64,000 nt of DNA from Eledone cirrhosa (GCA_964016885.1 OZ024756.1:14260001-14324000); one strand, 5' to 3'. Shown: positions 43,410 to 61,827, counted from the first letter of the stretch. The notes: generated from the letters alone by a model not told the origin. Numbers and translations: made by a program.

Positions 43410-43646
43410 ATACCTTCCTGTCAGATGATTGAACGTTTGAAAGTATATACTTTCCTTATGCATATTAACGGCTGAGCAGCCTAATTTGCATATCGAGTGA
43501 GTTAGTCGGCCGGGCGTACCGAAAACGATAAATGGAAAAGAATGAAACGAAATTTCATTTCTCACTCTTGGTACGGCTACTCAGCCGTTAATATGTATAA
43601 GGAAAGTATATACTTTCAGACGTTCAATCACCTGGCAGGAAGGTAT

Positions 43647-43689
43647 ACGGTGCTGACGATAGCTAATAAGCTTGAAACTAGTACAGCGT
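43647..43689 (+). ncRNA. Inverted copy of family M hammerhead
   Basis: acggtg ctgacga t agct aata agct t gaaa ctag ta cagcgt. Confidence 0.7.
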
Positions 43690-43829
43690 TCCTTTGTCAG
43701 TGTTGAACAAAAGGGCAACGATGGTTGCTAAACACTGTACGGCTTAATTCGGGATGTTTGTTTACAAACAAACCGAGCATTATAATAAATGTTCGGTAAA
43801 TCCATACGTACATATATATATATGTGCAA

Positions 43830-43897
43830 GTATGTATATATATACATACTACTGTACGTCTGTATACATATATGTATGTACGTATACATACTTACAT

Positions 43898-43934
<37 letters not shown>

Positions 43935-46144
43935 TACATACATACTACTGTACGTATGTATACATATATGTATGTACGTATACATACTTACATTTATATA
44001 TATATATATATATACATATACATACACACATATACATACATACATACTACTGCACGTCTGTATACAATATGTATGTACGTATACATACTTACATTTATAT
44101 ATATATATATATATACATACACACATATACATACATACATACTACTGTACGTCTGTATACAATATGTATGTACGTATACATACTTACATTTATATATATA
44201 TATATATATATATACATACATACACACATATACATACATACATACATACATACTACTGTACGTCTGTATACATATATGTATGTACGTATACATACTTACA
44301 TTTATATATATATATATATATATACATACACACATATACATACATACATACTACTGTACGTCTGTATACAATATGTATGTACGTATACATACTTACATTT
44401 ATATATATATATATATATATACATACACACATATACATACATATACATACTACTGTACGTCTGTATACATATATGTATGTACGTATACATACTTACATTT
44501 ATATATATATATACATACACACACACATATACATACATACATACATACATACTACTGTACGTCTGTATACATATATGTATGTACGTATACATACTTACAT
44601 TTATATATATATATATATACATATACATACACACATATACATACATACATACTACTGCACGTCTGTATACAATATGTATGTACGTATACATACTTACATT
44701 TATATATATATATATATACATACATACACACATATACATACATACATACATACATACTACTGTACGTCTGTATACATATATGTATGTACGTATACATACT
44801 TACATTTATATATATATATATACATACACACATATACATACATACATACTACTGTACGTCTGTATACAATATGTATGTACGTATACATACTTACATTTAT
44901 ATATATATATATATATATACATACACACATATACATACATATACATACTACTGTACGTCTGTATACATATATGTATGTACGTATACATACTTACATTTAT
45001 ATATATATATATATATATACATACATACACACATATACATACATACATACATACATACATACATAGTACTGTACGTCTGTATACATATATGTATGTACGT
45101 ATACATACTTACATTTATATATATATACATATACATACATACACACATATACATACATACATACATACATACATACATAGTACTGTACGTCTGTATACAT
45201 ATATGTATGTACGTATACATACTTACATTTATATATATATATATACATACACACATATACATACATATACATACTACTGTACGTCTGTATACATATATGT
45301 ATGTACGTATACATACTTACATTTATATATATATATCTATATACATACACACATACATATACATACATACATACATACATACTACTGTACGTCTGTATAC
45401 ATATATGTATGTACGTATACATACTTACATTTATATATATACATATACATACACACATATACATACATACATACTACTGCACGTCTGTATACAATATGTA
45501 TGTACGTATACATACTTACATTTATATATATATATATATACATACATACACACATATACATACATACATACATACATACATACTACTGTACGTCTGTATA
45601 CATATATGTATGTACGTATACATACTTACATTTATATATATATATATATACATACACACATATACATACATACATACTACTGTACGTCTGTATACATATA
45701 TGTATGTACGTATACATACTTACATTTATATATATATATATATATACATACACACATATACATACATATACATACTACTGTACGTCTGTATACATATATG
45801 TATGTACGTATACATACTTACATTTATATATATATATATATATATACATATACATACACACATATACATACATACATACTACTGCACGTCTGTATACAAT
45901 ATGTATGTACGTATACATACTTACATTTATATATATATATATATACATATACATACACACATATACATACATACATACTACTGCACGTCTGTATACAATA
46001 TGTATGTACGTATACATACTTACATTTATATATATATATATATATATACATACATACACACATATACATACATACATACATACATACATACATAGTACTG
46101 TACGTCTGTATACATATATGTATGTACGTATACATACTTACATT

Positions 46145-46176
<32 letters not shown>

Positions 46177-47917
46177 TACATACATACATACTACTGTACG
46201 TCTGTATACAATATGTATGTACGTATACATACTTACATTTATATATATATATATATATATATACATACATACACACATATACATACATACATACATACAT
46301 ACTACTGTACGTCTGTATACAATATGTATGTACGTATACATACTTACATTTATATATATATATATACATACACACATATACATACATACATACTACTGCA
46401 CGTCTGTATACAATATGTATGTACGTATACATACTTACATTTATATATATATATATATATATACATACATACACACATATACATACATACATACATACTA
46501 CTGTACGTCTGTATACATATATGTATGTACGTATACATACTTACATTTATATATATATATATACATACACACATATACATACATACATACTACTGTACGT
46601 CTGTATACAATATGTATGTACGTATACATACTTACATTTATATATATATATATACATACACACATATACATACATACATACTACTGTACGTCTGTATACA
46701 TATATGTATGTACGTATACATACTTACATTTATATATATATATATACATACACACATATACATACATACATACTACTGTACGTCTGTATACAATATGTAT
46801 GTACGTATACATACTTACATTTATATATATATATATATATATACATACACACATATACATACATATACATACTACTGTACGTCTGTATACATATATGTAT
46901 GTACGTATACATACTTACATTTATATATATATATATACATACACACATATACATACATACATACTACTGCACGTCTGTATACAATATGTATGTACGTATA
47001 CATACTTACATTTATATATATATATATATATATATACATACATACACACATATACATACATACATACATACATACTACTGTACGTCTGTATACATATATG
47101 TATGTACGTATACATACTTACATTTATATATATATATATACATACACACATATACATACATACATACTACTGCACGTCTGTATACAATATGTATGTACGT
47201 ATACATACTTACATTTATATATATATATATATATATACATACATACACACATATACATACATATACATACTACTGTACGTCTGTATACATATATGTATGT
47301 ACGTATACATACTTACATTTATATATATATATATATATACATATACATACACACATATACATACATACATACTACTGCACGTCTGTATACAATATGTATG
47401 TACGTATACATACTTACATTTATATATATATATATATATATATACATACATACACACATATACATACATACATACATACATACTACTGTACGTCTGTATA
47501 CATATATGTATGTACGTATACATACTTACATTTATATATATATATATACATACACACATATACATACATACATACTACTGCACGTCTGTATACAATATGT
47601 ATGTACGTATACATACTTACATTTATATATATACATATACATACACACATATACATACATACATACTACTGCACGTCTGTATACAATATGTATGTACGTA
47701 TACATACTTACATTTATATATATATATATATATATATACATACATACACACATATACATACATACATACATACATACTACTGTACGTCTGTATACATATA
47801 TGTATGTACGTATACATACTTACATTTATATATATATATATACATACACACATATACATACATACATACTACTGCACGTCTGTATACAATATGTATGTAC
47901 GTATACATACTTACATT

Positions 47918-47940
<23 letters not shown>
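43830..47940. repeat. Compound minisatellite (~85-105 bp unit, roughly 40-45 copies)
   Basis: Core tactactgtacgtctgtatacatatatgtatgtacgtatacatacttacattt + variable (TA)n/(CATA)n. Confidence 0.95.
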
Positions 47941-47954
<14 letters not shown>

Positions 47955-47965
47955 GTATGTATGTA

Positions 47966-48019
<54 letters not shown>

Positions 48020-48255
48020 TGTGTCTGTGTCTGTGTCTGTGTGTGTGTGTGTGTGTGTACACATATATATAGGCGGACAAACTATATATACTCACACACA
48101 CGCAGATAGGTGTATATATACACACAAACATACATACATTCGTATGCATATATGTATAGACACACGGTGACGCTAATATGGGTAAGGATATGGCGACAGG
48201 TCCACGCGCAAAAGAACATTAATACAGGTAAAGAGATGCGGGTAGAAAAATTAGA

Positions 48256-48778
<523 letters not shown>

Positions 48779-48792
48779 ATATATATATATAT

Positions 48793-49015
48793 ATTTATTA
48801 AAATAACAGATTAAAGTTTAAGCAGAGAATCGCTGCTTTCACCCTTAACGGATCTTCTGAAACAGAAGATCCCGTTAAGAGTGAAAGCAGCGATTCTTTG
48901 CTTAAACTTTAATCTGTTATTTTAATAAATATTTGCTCTACAGTTCTTATATATTTGATATATATTTATCCTTATCGAGCCCTCTTTGGATTTTAGTCTT
49001 CAAATTTATTATTAT

Positions 49016-49020
<5 letters not shown>
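48793..49020. mobile_element. Asymmetric palindrome family J (copies 23180-23340, collapsed 5650-5725)
   Basis: Arms centred on atcttctg aaa cagaagat; the tail ends attattattacta(TA)n. Confidence 0.75.
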
Positions 49021-49049
<29 letters not shown>

Positions 49050-49054
<5 letters not shown>

Positions 49055-49313
49055 TGTAATAAACAACATAAGATAATTAATTCATTTACCAGTGGTTTCT
49101 TGATGACAGATTTTATATCTGTCTTCAGTCGTCAGAAAGAATAACATGGAATCTTATTCTTTCTGACGACTGAAGACAGATACAAATATCTGTCATCAAG
49201 AAACCACTGGTAAATGAATTAATTATCTTATGTTGTTTATTACATAACTAAAAAAGCTCTGTAGCCTACATAGAGAACTCTCTTTTCCTTTACCTTTCCT
49301 ACGGAAATACTTC

Positions 49314-49320
<7 letters not shown>
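49050..49320. mobile_element. Asymmetric palindrome family H (collapsed copy 3248-3375; partial 40230-40325, 49352-49400)
   Basis: ~95-bp arms around 49148; hammerhead-like motif. Confidence 0.78.
49156..49219 (+). ncRNA. Hammerhead-like motif (family H)
   Basis: AUUCUUU-CUGACGA-C-UGAAGACAGAUA..UAUCUGUCAUCA-A-GAAACCACUGGUA/AAUGAAU. Inverted copy 49079-49142; relative at 40258-40322 (-). Confidence 0.6.
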
Positions 49321-49347
<27 letters not shown>

Positions 49348-49397
49348 GAATACCACTGGTAAATGAATTAATTATCTTATGTTGTTTATTACATAAC

Positions 49398-49429
<32 letters not shown>

Positions 49430-49452
49430 TACACACATACATATATATATGT

Positions 49453-49700
49453 ATAATAAAGAAGAAATTAAAAGATGGTTAAAAGAGTTCCATATATTTT
49501 ATTATGCGCATTTCGAATACAAAATCATCCTTGTCCCAGGATGATTTTGTATTCGAAATGCGCATAATAAAATATATGGAACTCTTTTAACCATCTTTTA
49601 ATTTCTTCTTTATTAAATATACTCCAGTTCTACGAACTGTTGAGTGCTATTTATCTGATATATGCATAGTTTTATTGTTCTACAATATTACTCACCTTCT
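49453..49700. mobile_element. Asymmetric palindrome family D
   Basis: ~78-bp arms around 49534; hammerhead 3' half GAAAUGCGCAUA followed by AAUAAA. Confidence 0.75.
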
Positions 49701-49748
<48 letters not shown>

Positions 49749-50144
49749 ACACATACATGCGCCCACATACAACCATAAGCAAGTAGAGGTACAGAGACAT
49801 ATACAAGCACCCGCATATACATACGTACACATACATCCATACATAGACGTACCTACACGTACGTGTACGCACGCATACATATGTATGTATAGACATACTT
49901 AAGACAAACAATATATGGAACTAAGTGAGGAAACACTCAATTATAAAAATGACATAAAAAAACGTATAAATACTTGAAACATGGTGGGTATGTAAGGACA
50001 AGGGGGAGGGTATAACTAAAAAAAATATAATATAAAATGAACACGTGGGGGAGAAAAAAGTGTATAAATTAATAGATGTGGAGGAAAGTAAATGTTTATA
50101 AATAGATCTGTATGTTAGCCATCTTGTTTTTATATATATAATAT

Positions 50145-50324
50145 TAATTGTTTCTACTTTTGGAACAAGGTCAGCAAATGCCCAGTACATTACTGGTACT
50201 TTATTTTATCGATCCCGTAAGGATGAAAGGCAAAGTTAACCTCGGGGATTTGAACTCAGAATGGAAAGGGCCGTAACTCTTTGCGTCAAAGCATGACGTC
50301 CGACCCTCTACCGATACTGCCAAT
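50145..50324 (-). mobile_element. SINE with TSD ttagccatcttgtttt
   Basis: TSD at ~50115-50130 and ~50330-50345. Confidence 0.85.
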
Positions 50325-50590
50325 TAATATTAGCCATCTTGTTTTAAGTATGATTTCTCTCTTAAACTTGTCTAAATTTATCTAAATATACTTCTGGATA
50401 GGGAACTTATCAATGAAAGGGTGTAATGAACTGAATGGTTTGTGGAATGAATAGTTATGCCCTTTGAACGAACTTATGACCTGTGAGCTGGTATTCCGCC
50501 ATCTTATCATTTCAGTCATCTCTCGCAAACTACCAGTATTTTTTCCTACTATTATTTTTAACGATGTCTATGTATATCTTCTCTCTACAG

Positions 50591-50705
50591 GGAACTAAAG
50601 GGCATTCAGTTTTGAAGAAGAAGACGTACGTTGCTGGAAGGAGACCATCTCTTGACGTGGAGGATATTGTCATTCAGAAAATGCCCATCTCCCGGAAGAC
50701 AGTTG
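50591..50705 (+). CDS. Probable internal exon of unidentified host gene (GTKGHSVLKKKTYVAGRRPSLDVEDIVIQKMPISRKTV)
   Basis: Pyrimidine tract + ctacag acceptor, GTAAGT donor at 50706, open frame, unique non-repetitive sequence; ends in phase 1. Confidence 0.7.
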
Positions 50706-50999
50706 GTAAGTGATGTCCCTAGCACTTGAACAAGATATTAAACTATCTTGGAAACTAAGTTATCTTGGTTTTCTTTTGCTACAGAGTAACTAAAAGAAAA
50801 GGCAAGCTGGGTGTAGCTGTAGCTTTGAAACGTAGGCCATAGTAAGCGTAGACTAACATAATAATTATCCTTAGATAAACCTCATAATACAGAACCACAT
50901 ATAATTTATATATAACTATACAAAATTACAACCACAATTTATACCGAACAACACGCATTTAGAGAACTATATATATATGCATCTATATATATATATATA

Positions 51000-51393
51000 T
51001 GGTGGCTGCCCTCGTTTTCGAGTACGGCCACTACTTTATATCCATGTAGGAGAACCCCTACCGATGCGCTGAACGAGTGTGACTTTTTAGTCCAGCCAGC
51101 GACTTGAAAACTCTGGTACAAACACTACACTTGTGACAATTATTGACACATAGTGCTGGGCCCATGGTACAAGTGCAGAGAGATCTCCAGATATAAAGCA
51201 ATGCCTGTGCCGTGAAGCTTTTATAGTGAGCAAAGGCACTGCACAAAGCCAGTCCCACTCTCTTAACCAAGATGATATTTACCAAAAAGAAGAACAAGTC
51301 AACATCATTGGATACAATCAGAGTTGCAGGTGTTATATCAGAGTTTTTTTTTTCCTAGAATTCTGCCTTGACAAAGGCTAAGGGGTCATCTCT
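51000..51393 (-). mobile_element. 5'-truncated bipartite RTE-derived element
   Basis: Near-identical to 15929-16333. Confidence 0.65.
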
Positions 51394-51949
51394 CATATAT
51401 ATATATAAGTATGTATACGTACATACATATATGTATACAGACGTACAGTAGTATGTATATATATATATGTACATACATGCACACATATATATATATGTAC
51501 GTATGGATTCACCGAACATTTATTATAATGCTCGGTGTGTTTGTAAACGAAAATCCCGAATTAAGCCGTATGTATGTACGTATACATACTTATATTTAAG
51601 TAACAGCCGTACTAAGAGCGAGAAATGAAATTTCGTTTCATTTTTTCAGTTTATATATATATATATACGATATTAATATATATACGATATTAATAAATGG
51701 AAACTATATTTATAAAAGGGTACGTCAAAGCTTATTTGTAAAACTGTTATATATTGTATTTTGTCTGATGAAGGCATACATTAATTTAATTTGGTATCCC
51801 TGAAATATGTATAATGAAATAAATATGGTTTTATAAATATAGTTTCCATTTATTAATATCGTATATCTACTCCAAATACTTGTCGAGTGCTTTATATCAG
51901 TTATAAAAATATTTACTTGTTGTATCCCAACAATTTTAAATAGAACTTT

Positions 51950-52061
<112 letters not shown>

Positions 52062-52075
52062 CATACATGTATATA

Positions 52076-52423
52076 CCTGCAACCCTGATGTTATCCAATG
52101 ATGTTGACTTGTTCTTCTTTTTGGTAAATATCATCTTGGTTAAGAGAGTGGGAATGGCTTTGCTCACTATAAAAGCTTTGCTCACTATAAAAGCATCACG
52201 GCACAGGCATTGCTTTATATCTGGAGATCTCTCTGCACTTGTCGTCACATGGTGCCATGGGCCCAGCACTATGTGTCAATAATTGTCACAGGTGTAGTGT
52301 TTGTACCAGAGTTTTCAAGTCGCTGGCTGGACTAAAAAGTCACACTCGTTCAGCGCATCGGTAGGGGTTCTCCTACATGGATATAAAGTAGTGGCCGTAC
52401 TCGAAAACGAATTGGCAGCCACC
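52076..52423 (+). mobile_element. 5'-truncated bipartite RTE-derived element
   Basis: Reverse complement of 15929-16272. Confidence 0.65.
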
Positions 52424-52629
52424 ATTTGAAAGGTAAACAGAAATAACAACACAATCAGTTCAGTATATGGAAGGGATATATTAGGTTAACGCTTGATATA
52501 GCAGGAAGAGGGTCTTAACGTTTTGGACGCTAGTCTTTCATCAGAAGAAAGAATGAGAAATAAGACAAATTAAGGGGATGGATGGGTTGGGATTGGAAAA
52601 AATGTCTTTAGATAAAAATACCAGGTCCA

Positions 52630-55630
<3,001 letters not shown>

Positions 55631-55923
55631 GGATAAAAGAGAAAACACAGTTAAACATTATAAAAAGGATTTTATCCAGATATTTACGACCGTTTCATTG
55701 GTAAGCGCAACCTTATATTGCTATACTGCAAATAGCAGCCACTCAAAAATAATTGTTGTACACGTCCAAATTTTCAAAATAGTGGATTACAATAACCAAT
55801 TTTCTGCTTCCCTAACTATATATAAATATGTATGTATATATATATATATTAATGTATGTATATATATATATGCATGTATATATATATATATATATAAATG
55901 TACGTATATATATATATGTATAC

Positions 55924-55998
<75 letters not shown>

Positions 55999-55999
<1 letters not shown>

Positions 56000-56610
56000 G
56001 TTACCAGTAGCACCGGTTGGTGCTACTGGTAACATGTATCCCAGTACAACCTGTCTCATGGTTGGGTCGTTGGCGACTAAACAGGCAACCCCACCAAGGT
56101 TTCTTGGTGAGGAGGGTGACTTTGGACATCTTGCAGGACTAAAAACAAAACCTGCCAAAGGGCAAAGGAGCTCTTAAGAGTCAATGGTCATCCAAAATCA
56201 CCGGGAGAGATGACCCCTTAGCCTTTGTCAAGGCAGAATTCTAGGAGAAGGAAAACTCTGATATAACACCTGCAACCCTGATGGTATCCAATGATGTTGA
56301 CTTGTTTTTCTTTTTGGTAAATATCATCTTGGTTAAGAGAGTGGGACTGGCTTTGTGCAGTGCCTTTGCTCACTTTAAAAGCTTCACGGCACAGGCATTG
56401 CTTTATATCTGGAGATCTCTCTGCACTTGTCGTCACATGGTGCCATGGGCCCAGCACTATGTGTCAATAATTGTCACAAGTGTAGTGTTTGTACCAGAGT
56501 TTTCAAGTCGCTGGCTGGACTAAAAAGTCACACTCGTTCAACGCATCGGTAGGGGTCCTCCTACATGGATATAAAGTAGTGGTCGTACTCGAGAACGAGT
56601 TGGCAGCCAC
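55999..56610 (+). mobile_element. Near-full bipartite RTE-derived element with 5' inversion hairpin
   Basis: Starts tgttaccagtagcacc ggtt ggtgctactggtaaca; Zn-finger remnant at 56469-56552. Confidence 0.65.
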
Positions 56611-56664
56611 AATATATATATGTATTTATATATATAAATGTATGTATATAGATATAAATGTATG

Positions 56665-56723
<59 letters not shown>

Positions 56724-56754
56724 GTATTAATTTTTCGTTTCTATTCTATTCTAG

Positions 56755-56894
56755 TCGAATACTCTTACCCTCAGACGGGGTACAACCATCAAGCTTCGGC
56801 CTACTCAAGCGCCGTTGTTGACGATTGCTACGACCTCCACAATCACTCCAGAGGACGTGACCATCACCTCCTCAGGAAGATGAACAACGCATTG
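56755..56894 (+). CDS. Probable next exon of the same host gene (VEYSYPQTGYNHQASAYSSAVVDDCYDLHNHSRGRDHHLLRKMNNAL)
   Basis: ttctattctag acceptor, GTGAGT donor at 56895; the phase-1 start joins 50591-50705 in frame without stops. Confidence 0.7.
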
Positions 56895-56933
56895 GTGAGT
56901 GACTCCAACATGCCTTCACTGCATACCTTGATT

Positions 56934-56989
<56 letters not shown>

Positions 56990-57646
56990 CATACACGCTT
57001 CACACATACATAGACACGCACACGGGTTAATACATGCATCACACATACATACACACATGCATCACACATACACGCTCATGCTGTCTCGCCCACTGACGTA
57101 TACAAAAGAACCATATCCTCACATAGTTAACTGGATCTCCATCGGATTCAACGATGAGCGTTCCAGTTGTTAGATCACATAGAATGATATATATGGTGAA
57201 TAATGTTTAGACAGTGTGAACATGTAATGTTGCGGTGTTCATGGTTTTCCGAATCACGGCAGTCTACATCAACTCGCATTTTTTTCTCCCTTCACTTTGA
57301 GTTGATGAGAAGTACATAATTCACATGGCTAGAACGCAGATAACTTTTGCAAGCAACATTCTGGCATAATCAGATTTGAGTGTTTAACATTCCCCAAAAC
57401 ACAATGGGAAACTGCAGTGGATTTCATGTCTCCATCCATCAATGTATATATCTAATAGGGATATTAATGGTGTTAGCAACACATTGATACTATATATATT
57501 TTTATATATTAGAGACAAAGCTTAGCTTTGTTTACAAACAGCAGAGAATTTGAAAATTTGATAGTGAAATAGTGCTTCCGCCGTATTTTGACTAAGTAAA
57601 TTGGCCTAATAGTTGGACCCCAGATTAGAAAAAAATGGATGAGCAT

Positions 57647-57722
57647 TGACGTACATGGGACGATACGAACCCACATCTTTGGCTATCATGACCCCCGTGC
57701 TAACCATTTACACCAATACGTC
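57647..57722 (-). pseudogene. tRNA-like sequence (pseudogene or SINE head)
   Basis: Acceptor stem GACGTAT/GTACGTC, D arm GTG TAAATGGTTAG CAC, T arm GGGTTCGTATC; anticodon stem does not pair. Confidence 0.5.
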
Positions 57723-58374
57723 ACCCACCCAAAATGCCATTCAATTTGAAGCTATATAATCATAGCGTATGAATACATATACAGATATATTAGATACAAA
57801 GCTTAGCTTTGTTTACAAACAGCAGATAATTTGAAAATTAGATAGTGAAATAGTGCTTAGCCTAAGAGTAGTTTGTCCCAGTTTCAAAAGGTGTTAAACG
57901 ACTGAGTATAAGACTGCCCCTTCATGAACGAGATATCAGTCCATTGACAGGTTAACCCTCAGATTCTGTTGGTGGTACTTGGTATGAATATCCGCAGCAG
58001 AGTGGTCTGGCAAGGGAGACACGTGAAATGAAATGTATTGCGCAAGGAACCATATGGTCGGAGATTGGAAGCCACAAAATTAAGGTCGTGAGCCCAACAC
58101 GAGAGGGACACACTTTCACAACACATTAACTACTGAGGTACACGCTTACACAACAATAGCTAGAGAGGTACACACACAACTAGAGAGGTACACACTTACA
58201 CAAAAACTAGAGAAGTAGACGCTTGAACAATTACTAACACAAACATATAATAAAAGAAATACAAAACAACAAAAACAAGCCAGATATACACTCTCATAAA
58301 ATGGGGACATATCACATATTTCTTTATTCTTTTCACATTTCTTGACACATTCTATATTAATTTCACAAAATACA

Positions 58375-58426
<52 letters not shown>

Positions 58427-58614
58427 TGTTTTATATAAATTGTTTTATTTAAATGATTTATTATAATATACATATGTAAATTTCTTTGTTAATTTCGATA
58501 ATTTAATTTCAAATGGAAAACTAATTTATTTATTTTGTGAAATCTCTATTCCAGTATTAATGTTCATTTATGTAAATGTATAAATATCTTTCTTTTATTT
58601 TTAAAAAATGTATG

Positions 58615-58668
<54 letters not shown>

Positions 58669-59530
58669 TTTTATTCCTATATAAACCTAACTTTATATAT
58701 ATATATAAATATATATGCATACATATATATACACAAATATATATATATATTATATATGTATTATAAACATATATAATTATTATATATATAATGTATATTT
58801 TATACACATGTATATATTAAAGATATATATATAAAACTATTTTTTACCATTTAAACAGCAAGGTAAATATCGATGCAATATTTGTTTTGTTTTGGAAATG
58901 CCATGTGAAAAAAAATGCTAAAAAAAATTGCAAAAACCAAACAAAATCCCCAAAGGGGAAAAGTTAAAGGGGCAATAATTCGTATAAAAATCAACAAACA
59001 AAGCTGTAAAAGAGTGAAATTTAAATATTTTTTATTGTTTAACTGTTTTATATTATTTTTATCCCGTAATTTTCCCGAATGAGAAATAATTAGACCAAAG
59101 ACCTAAAAACGATAGTAGGACATTTTGAATTGCTCAAGAAGGGTAAATTATTATCACAATAACGTTTGTAAGAAAGCAATAAAAATAATAACCTATATAA
59201 ATATATAACACCAACTACAAAATGGCTACTAATAAATATTTTTAGTTCGTTTTCTACTATTAAAAACAAAAGGCTTTTTAAACAGTTTTTCATTGTTTTA
59301 ACTTTTGTTTCTTTCTTTTATCAATTTCTCCCCCACCCCTACTTCTTTCTTTCTCTTTCTTTCCTCTTCTGTGTTTAAAATAATGAGGAAAAAATATAAA
59401 GTTTACCGTTAAAAGATCGACGATTGCTATCACTTCCGACCTACCTATCTTCTAAATTTTCATAGTTGACAACAAAATTAATTACTGTGGTTTATATATA
59501 TACATATTATATATAAATATATGCCTGTAA

Positions 59531-59563
<33 letters not shown>

Positions 59564-59708
59564 CGCATATATCTATATGTACATATACATGCACACATAC
59601 ATACATATATCGATTGCCCTCAAAAACGATCGTAAAACAACAGATAAATTAACTACATCCACTTGTCTTATTGTTTCATTAAATACATATATACACGCAC
59701 ATACACAC

Positions 59709-59745
<37 letters not shown>

Positions 59746-60505
59746 TAATTGTTTCTACTTTTGGCACAAGGCCAGCAAATACCCAGTGCATTACTGGTAC
59801 TTTATTTTATCGACCCCCGTAAGGATGAGTACCCGATATTTAGGGTAGTAGAGTGGGTAATAGGAAAAGAGTCAGGATCTCGACGGCTGAGCTCCGGCCG
59901 TTTCAACAGCTGGATCCGAATCTAGCTGTCGAAACGGCCGGAGCCCTGCCGTCGGGGTCCTGACTCTTTTCCTATATATATATATATATATGTTATTGTA
60001 TATTATAATATATATATATAAGGGCAGTGGATTGGCAGTATCAGTAGAGGGTCGGACGCCATGCTTTCCACCATAGTTACGTCCCTTTACGATCTGAGTT
60101 CAAATCCCGCTAAGGTTGACTTTGCCTTTCATCCTTACGGGGTCGATAAAATAAAGTACCAGTAATGCACTGGGTAATTGCTGGCCTTGTGCCTAAAGTA
60201 GAAACAATTATAATATATATACATTTATATATATTATAAACATACTTATATATCCATTTTATATTATGATATATAAATGTATAATATTTATATGAATATA
60301 TCATACACCCACACACATAATATTTATGCACATTATATCAGAGGGTCGGACGCCATGCTTTGATGCAATGAGTTACGTCCCTTTACGATCTGAGTTCAAA
60401 TCCCGCCGAGGTTAACTTTGCCTTTCATCCTTACGGGCTCGATAAAATAAAGTACCAGTAATGTACTGGGTATTTGCTGGCCTTGTGCCAAAAGTAGAAA
60501 CAATT
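59746..60505. mobile_element. SINE copies (59746-59828 - partial, 60022-60209 +, 60340-60505 +)
   Basis: Consensus match. Confidence 0.82.
59838..59974. mobile_element. Diverged family A element fused to a SINE fragment
   Basis: tagggtagtagagtgggtaatagg... inverted arms ending tttcctata. Confidence 0.65.
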
Positions 60506-60570
60506 ATATATAATATATAACCGAAATTTTGTTTTAAAAAGTATATAATTAGTATTTAAAGAGACAAAAC

Positions 60571-60603
<33 letters not shown>

Positions 60604-61117
60604 CAGCAGTAGCAGCAGTAGTAGTAGTAGCAGTAGTAGTAGTAATGTAGTAGTAGTAATGTAGTAATAGTAATGTAGTAGTAGTAATGTAGTAGTAGTA
60701 GTAGTCGGTACTCTCTTGGTTCTGTTTTATACGTTATATTTGTAATGTTTTACTGAGTATAGATTTAATTTGTGATGTTTGTGTTTGACAGCAGACGACC
60801 TATTGGTTATGTGTCTGACAGTATATACGCTTGCATTGGTGATGTGTTTGATAGAGTGTAATGTCTGTTGGTGATATGTTTGACAGAGTATACGGAATAA
60901 TGGTGTTTGGTAAAACTGTATAATAACGACAGATCGGTAATGATCAATATTGATAAATATCATTTTACAATATATTCATTTGTACCCCTCTCCCCTCTCC
61001 ACACTATATACTACCGACAAATTTCGTGTATACTAAAAATAATGTATACATATGTACAGCCTCTCTGTCTGTCTCTCGCTCTCTCTATGTATATATATAT
61101 ATATACACACACACACA

Positions 61118-61152
<35 letters not shown>

Positions 61153-61153
<1 letters not shown>

Positions 61154-61638
61154 TACAATATTAAATAAATGGAAAACTATATTTATAAAACCATATTTAT
61201 TTCATTATATATATTTCGGGGATATCATATTAACAATATGCTATGCCTTCATCAGACAAAATACAATATAAACAGTTTTATAGATAAATAGATTCGACAT
61301 ACCGTAATAAACACCGACTTCATTTGAAGAGGTTTACGCTAGCAGTGAACATTTTCACTGCTAGCGTAAACCTCTTCAAATGAAGTCGGTGTTTATTACG
61401 GTATGTCGAATCTATTTATCTATAAAACTGTTTATATTGTATTTTGTCTGATGAAGGCATAGCATATTGTTAATATGATATCCCCGAAATATATATAATG
61501 AAATAAATATGGTTTTATAAATATAGTTTTCCATTTATTTAATATTGTAAATATACTCCAAATATTTGTCGAGTGCTTTTATATCAGTTATAAATATTTA
61601 CTAGTTGTAACCCAACAATTTTAAATATAACTTTACAT
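61153..61638. mobile_element. Family C palindrome, near-perfect ~195-bp arms
   Basis: Centre agcagtgaa catt ttcactgct at ~61351; (TA)n flanks. Confidence 0.85.
61440..61505 (+). ncRNA. Hammerhead motif (family C, second palindrome)
   Basis: Matches 48668-48733; inverted copy at 61199-61263. Confidence 0.72.
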
Positions 61639-61645
61639 ATATATA

Positions 61646-61723
<78 letters not shown>

Positions 61724-61726
61724 AAT

Positions 61727-61821
<95 letters not shown>

Positions 61822-61827
61822 AATATA

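Larger units (their letters stand above)
43101..43830. mobile_element. Palindrome family M (rearranged copy 51405-51652)
   Basis: ~300-bp diverged arms, the centre contains a second copy of its own tail (43530-43578), hammerheads in both arms. Confidence 0.8.

Noticed and set aside
43754-48170. 1450-aa ORFs and all other YI/HT/CV-rich ORFs
   Set aside because: Translations of microsatellites that lack stop codons, open in several frames at once.
48875-48900. Hammerhead in family J (gtgaaagcagcgattc)
   Set aside because: No CUGANGA and stem III does not pair.
57915-58105. Old CORE-like SINE on the minus strand
   Set aside because: Only scattered motif similarity; too degenerate to call by eye.
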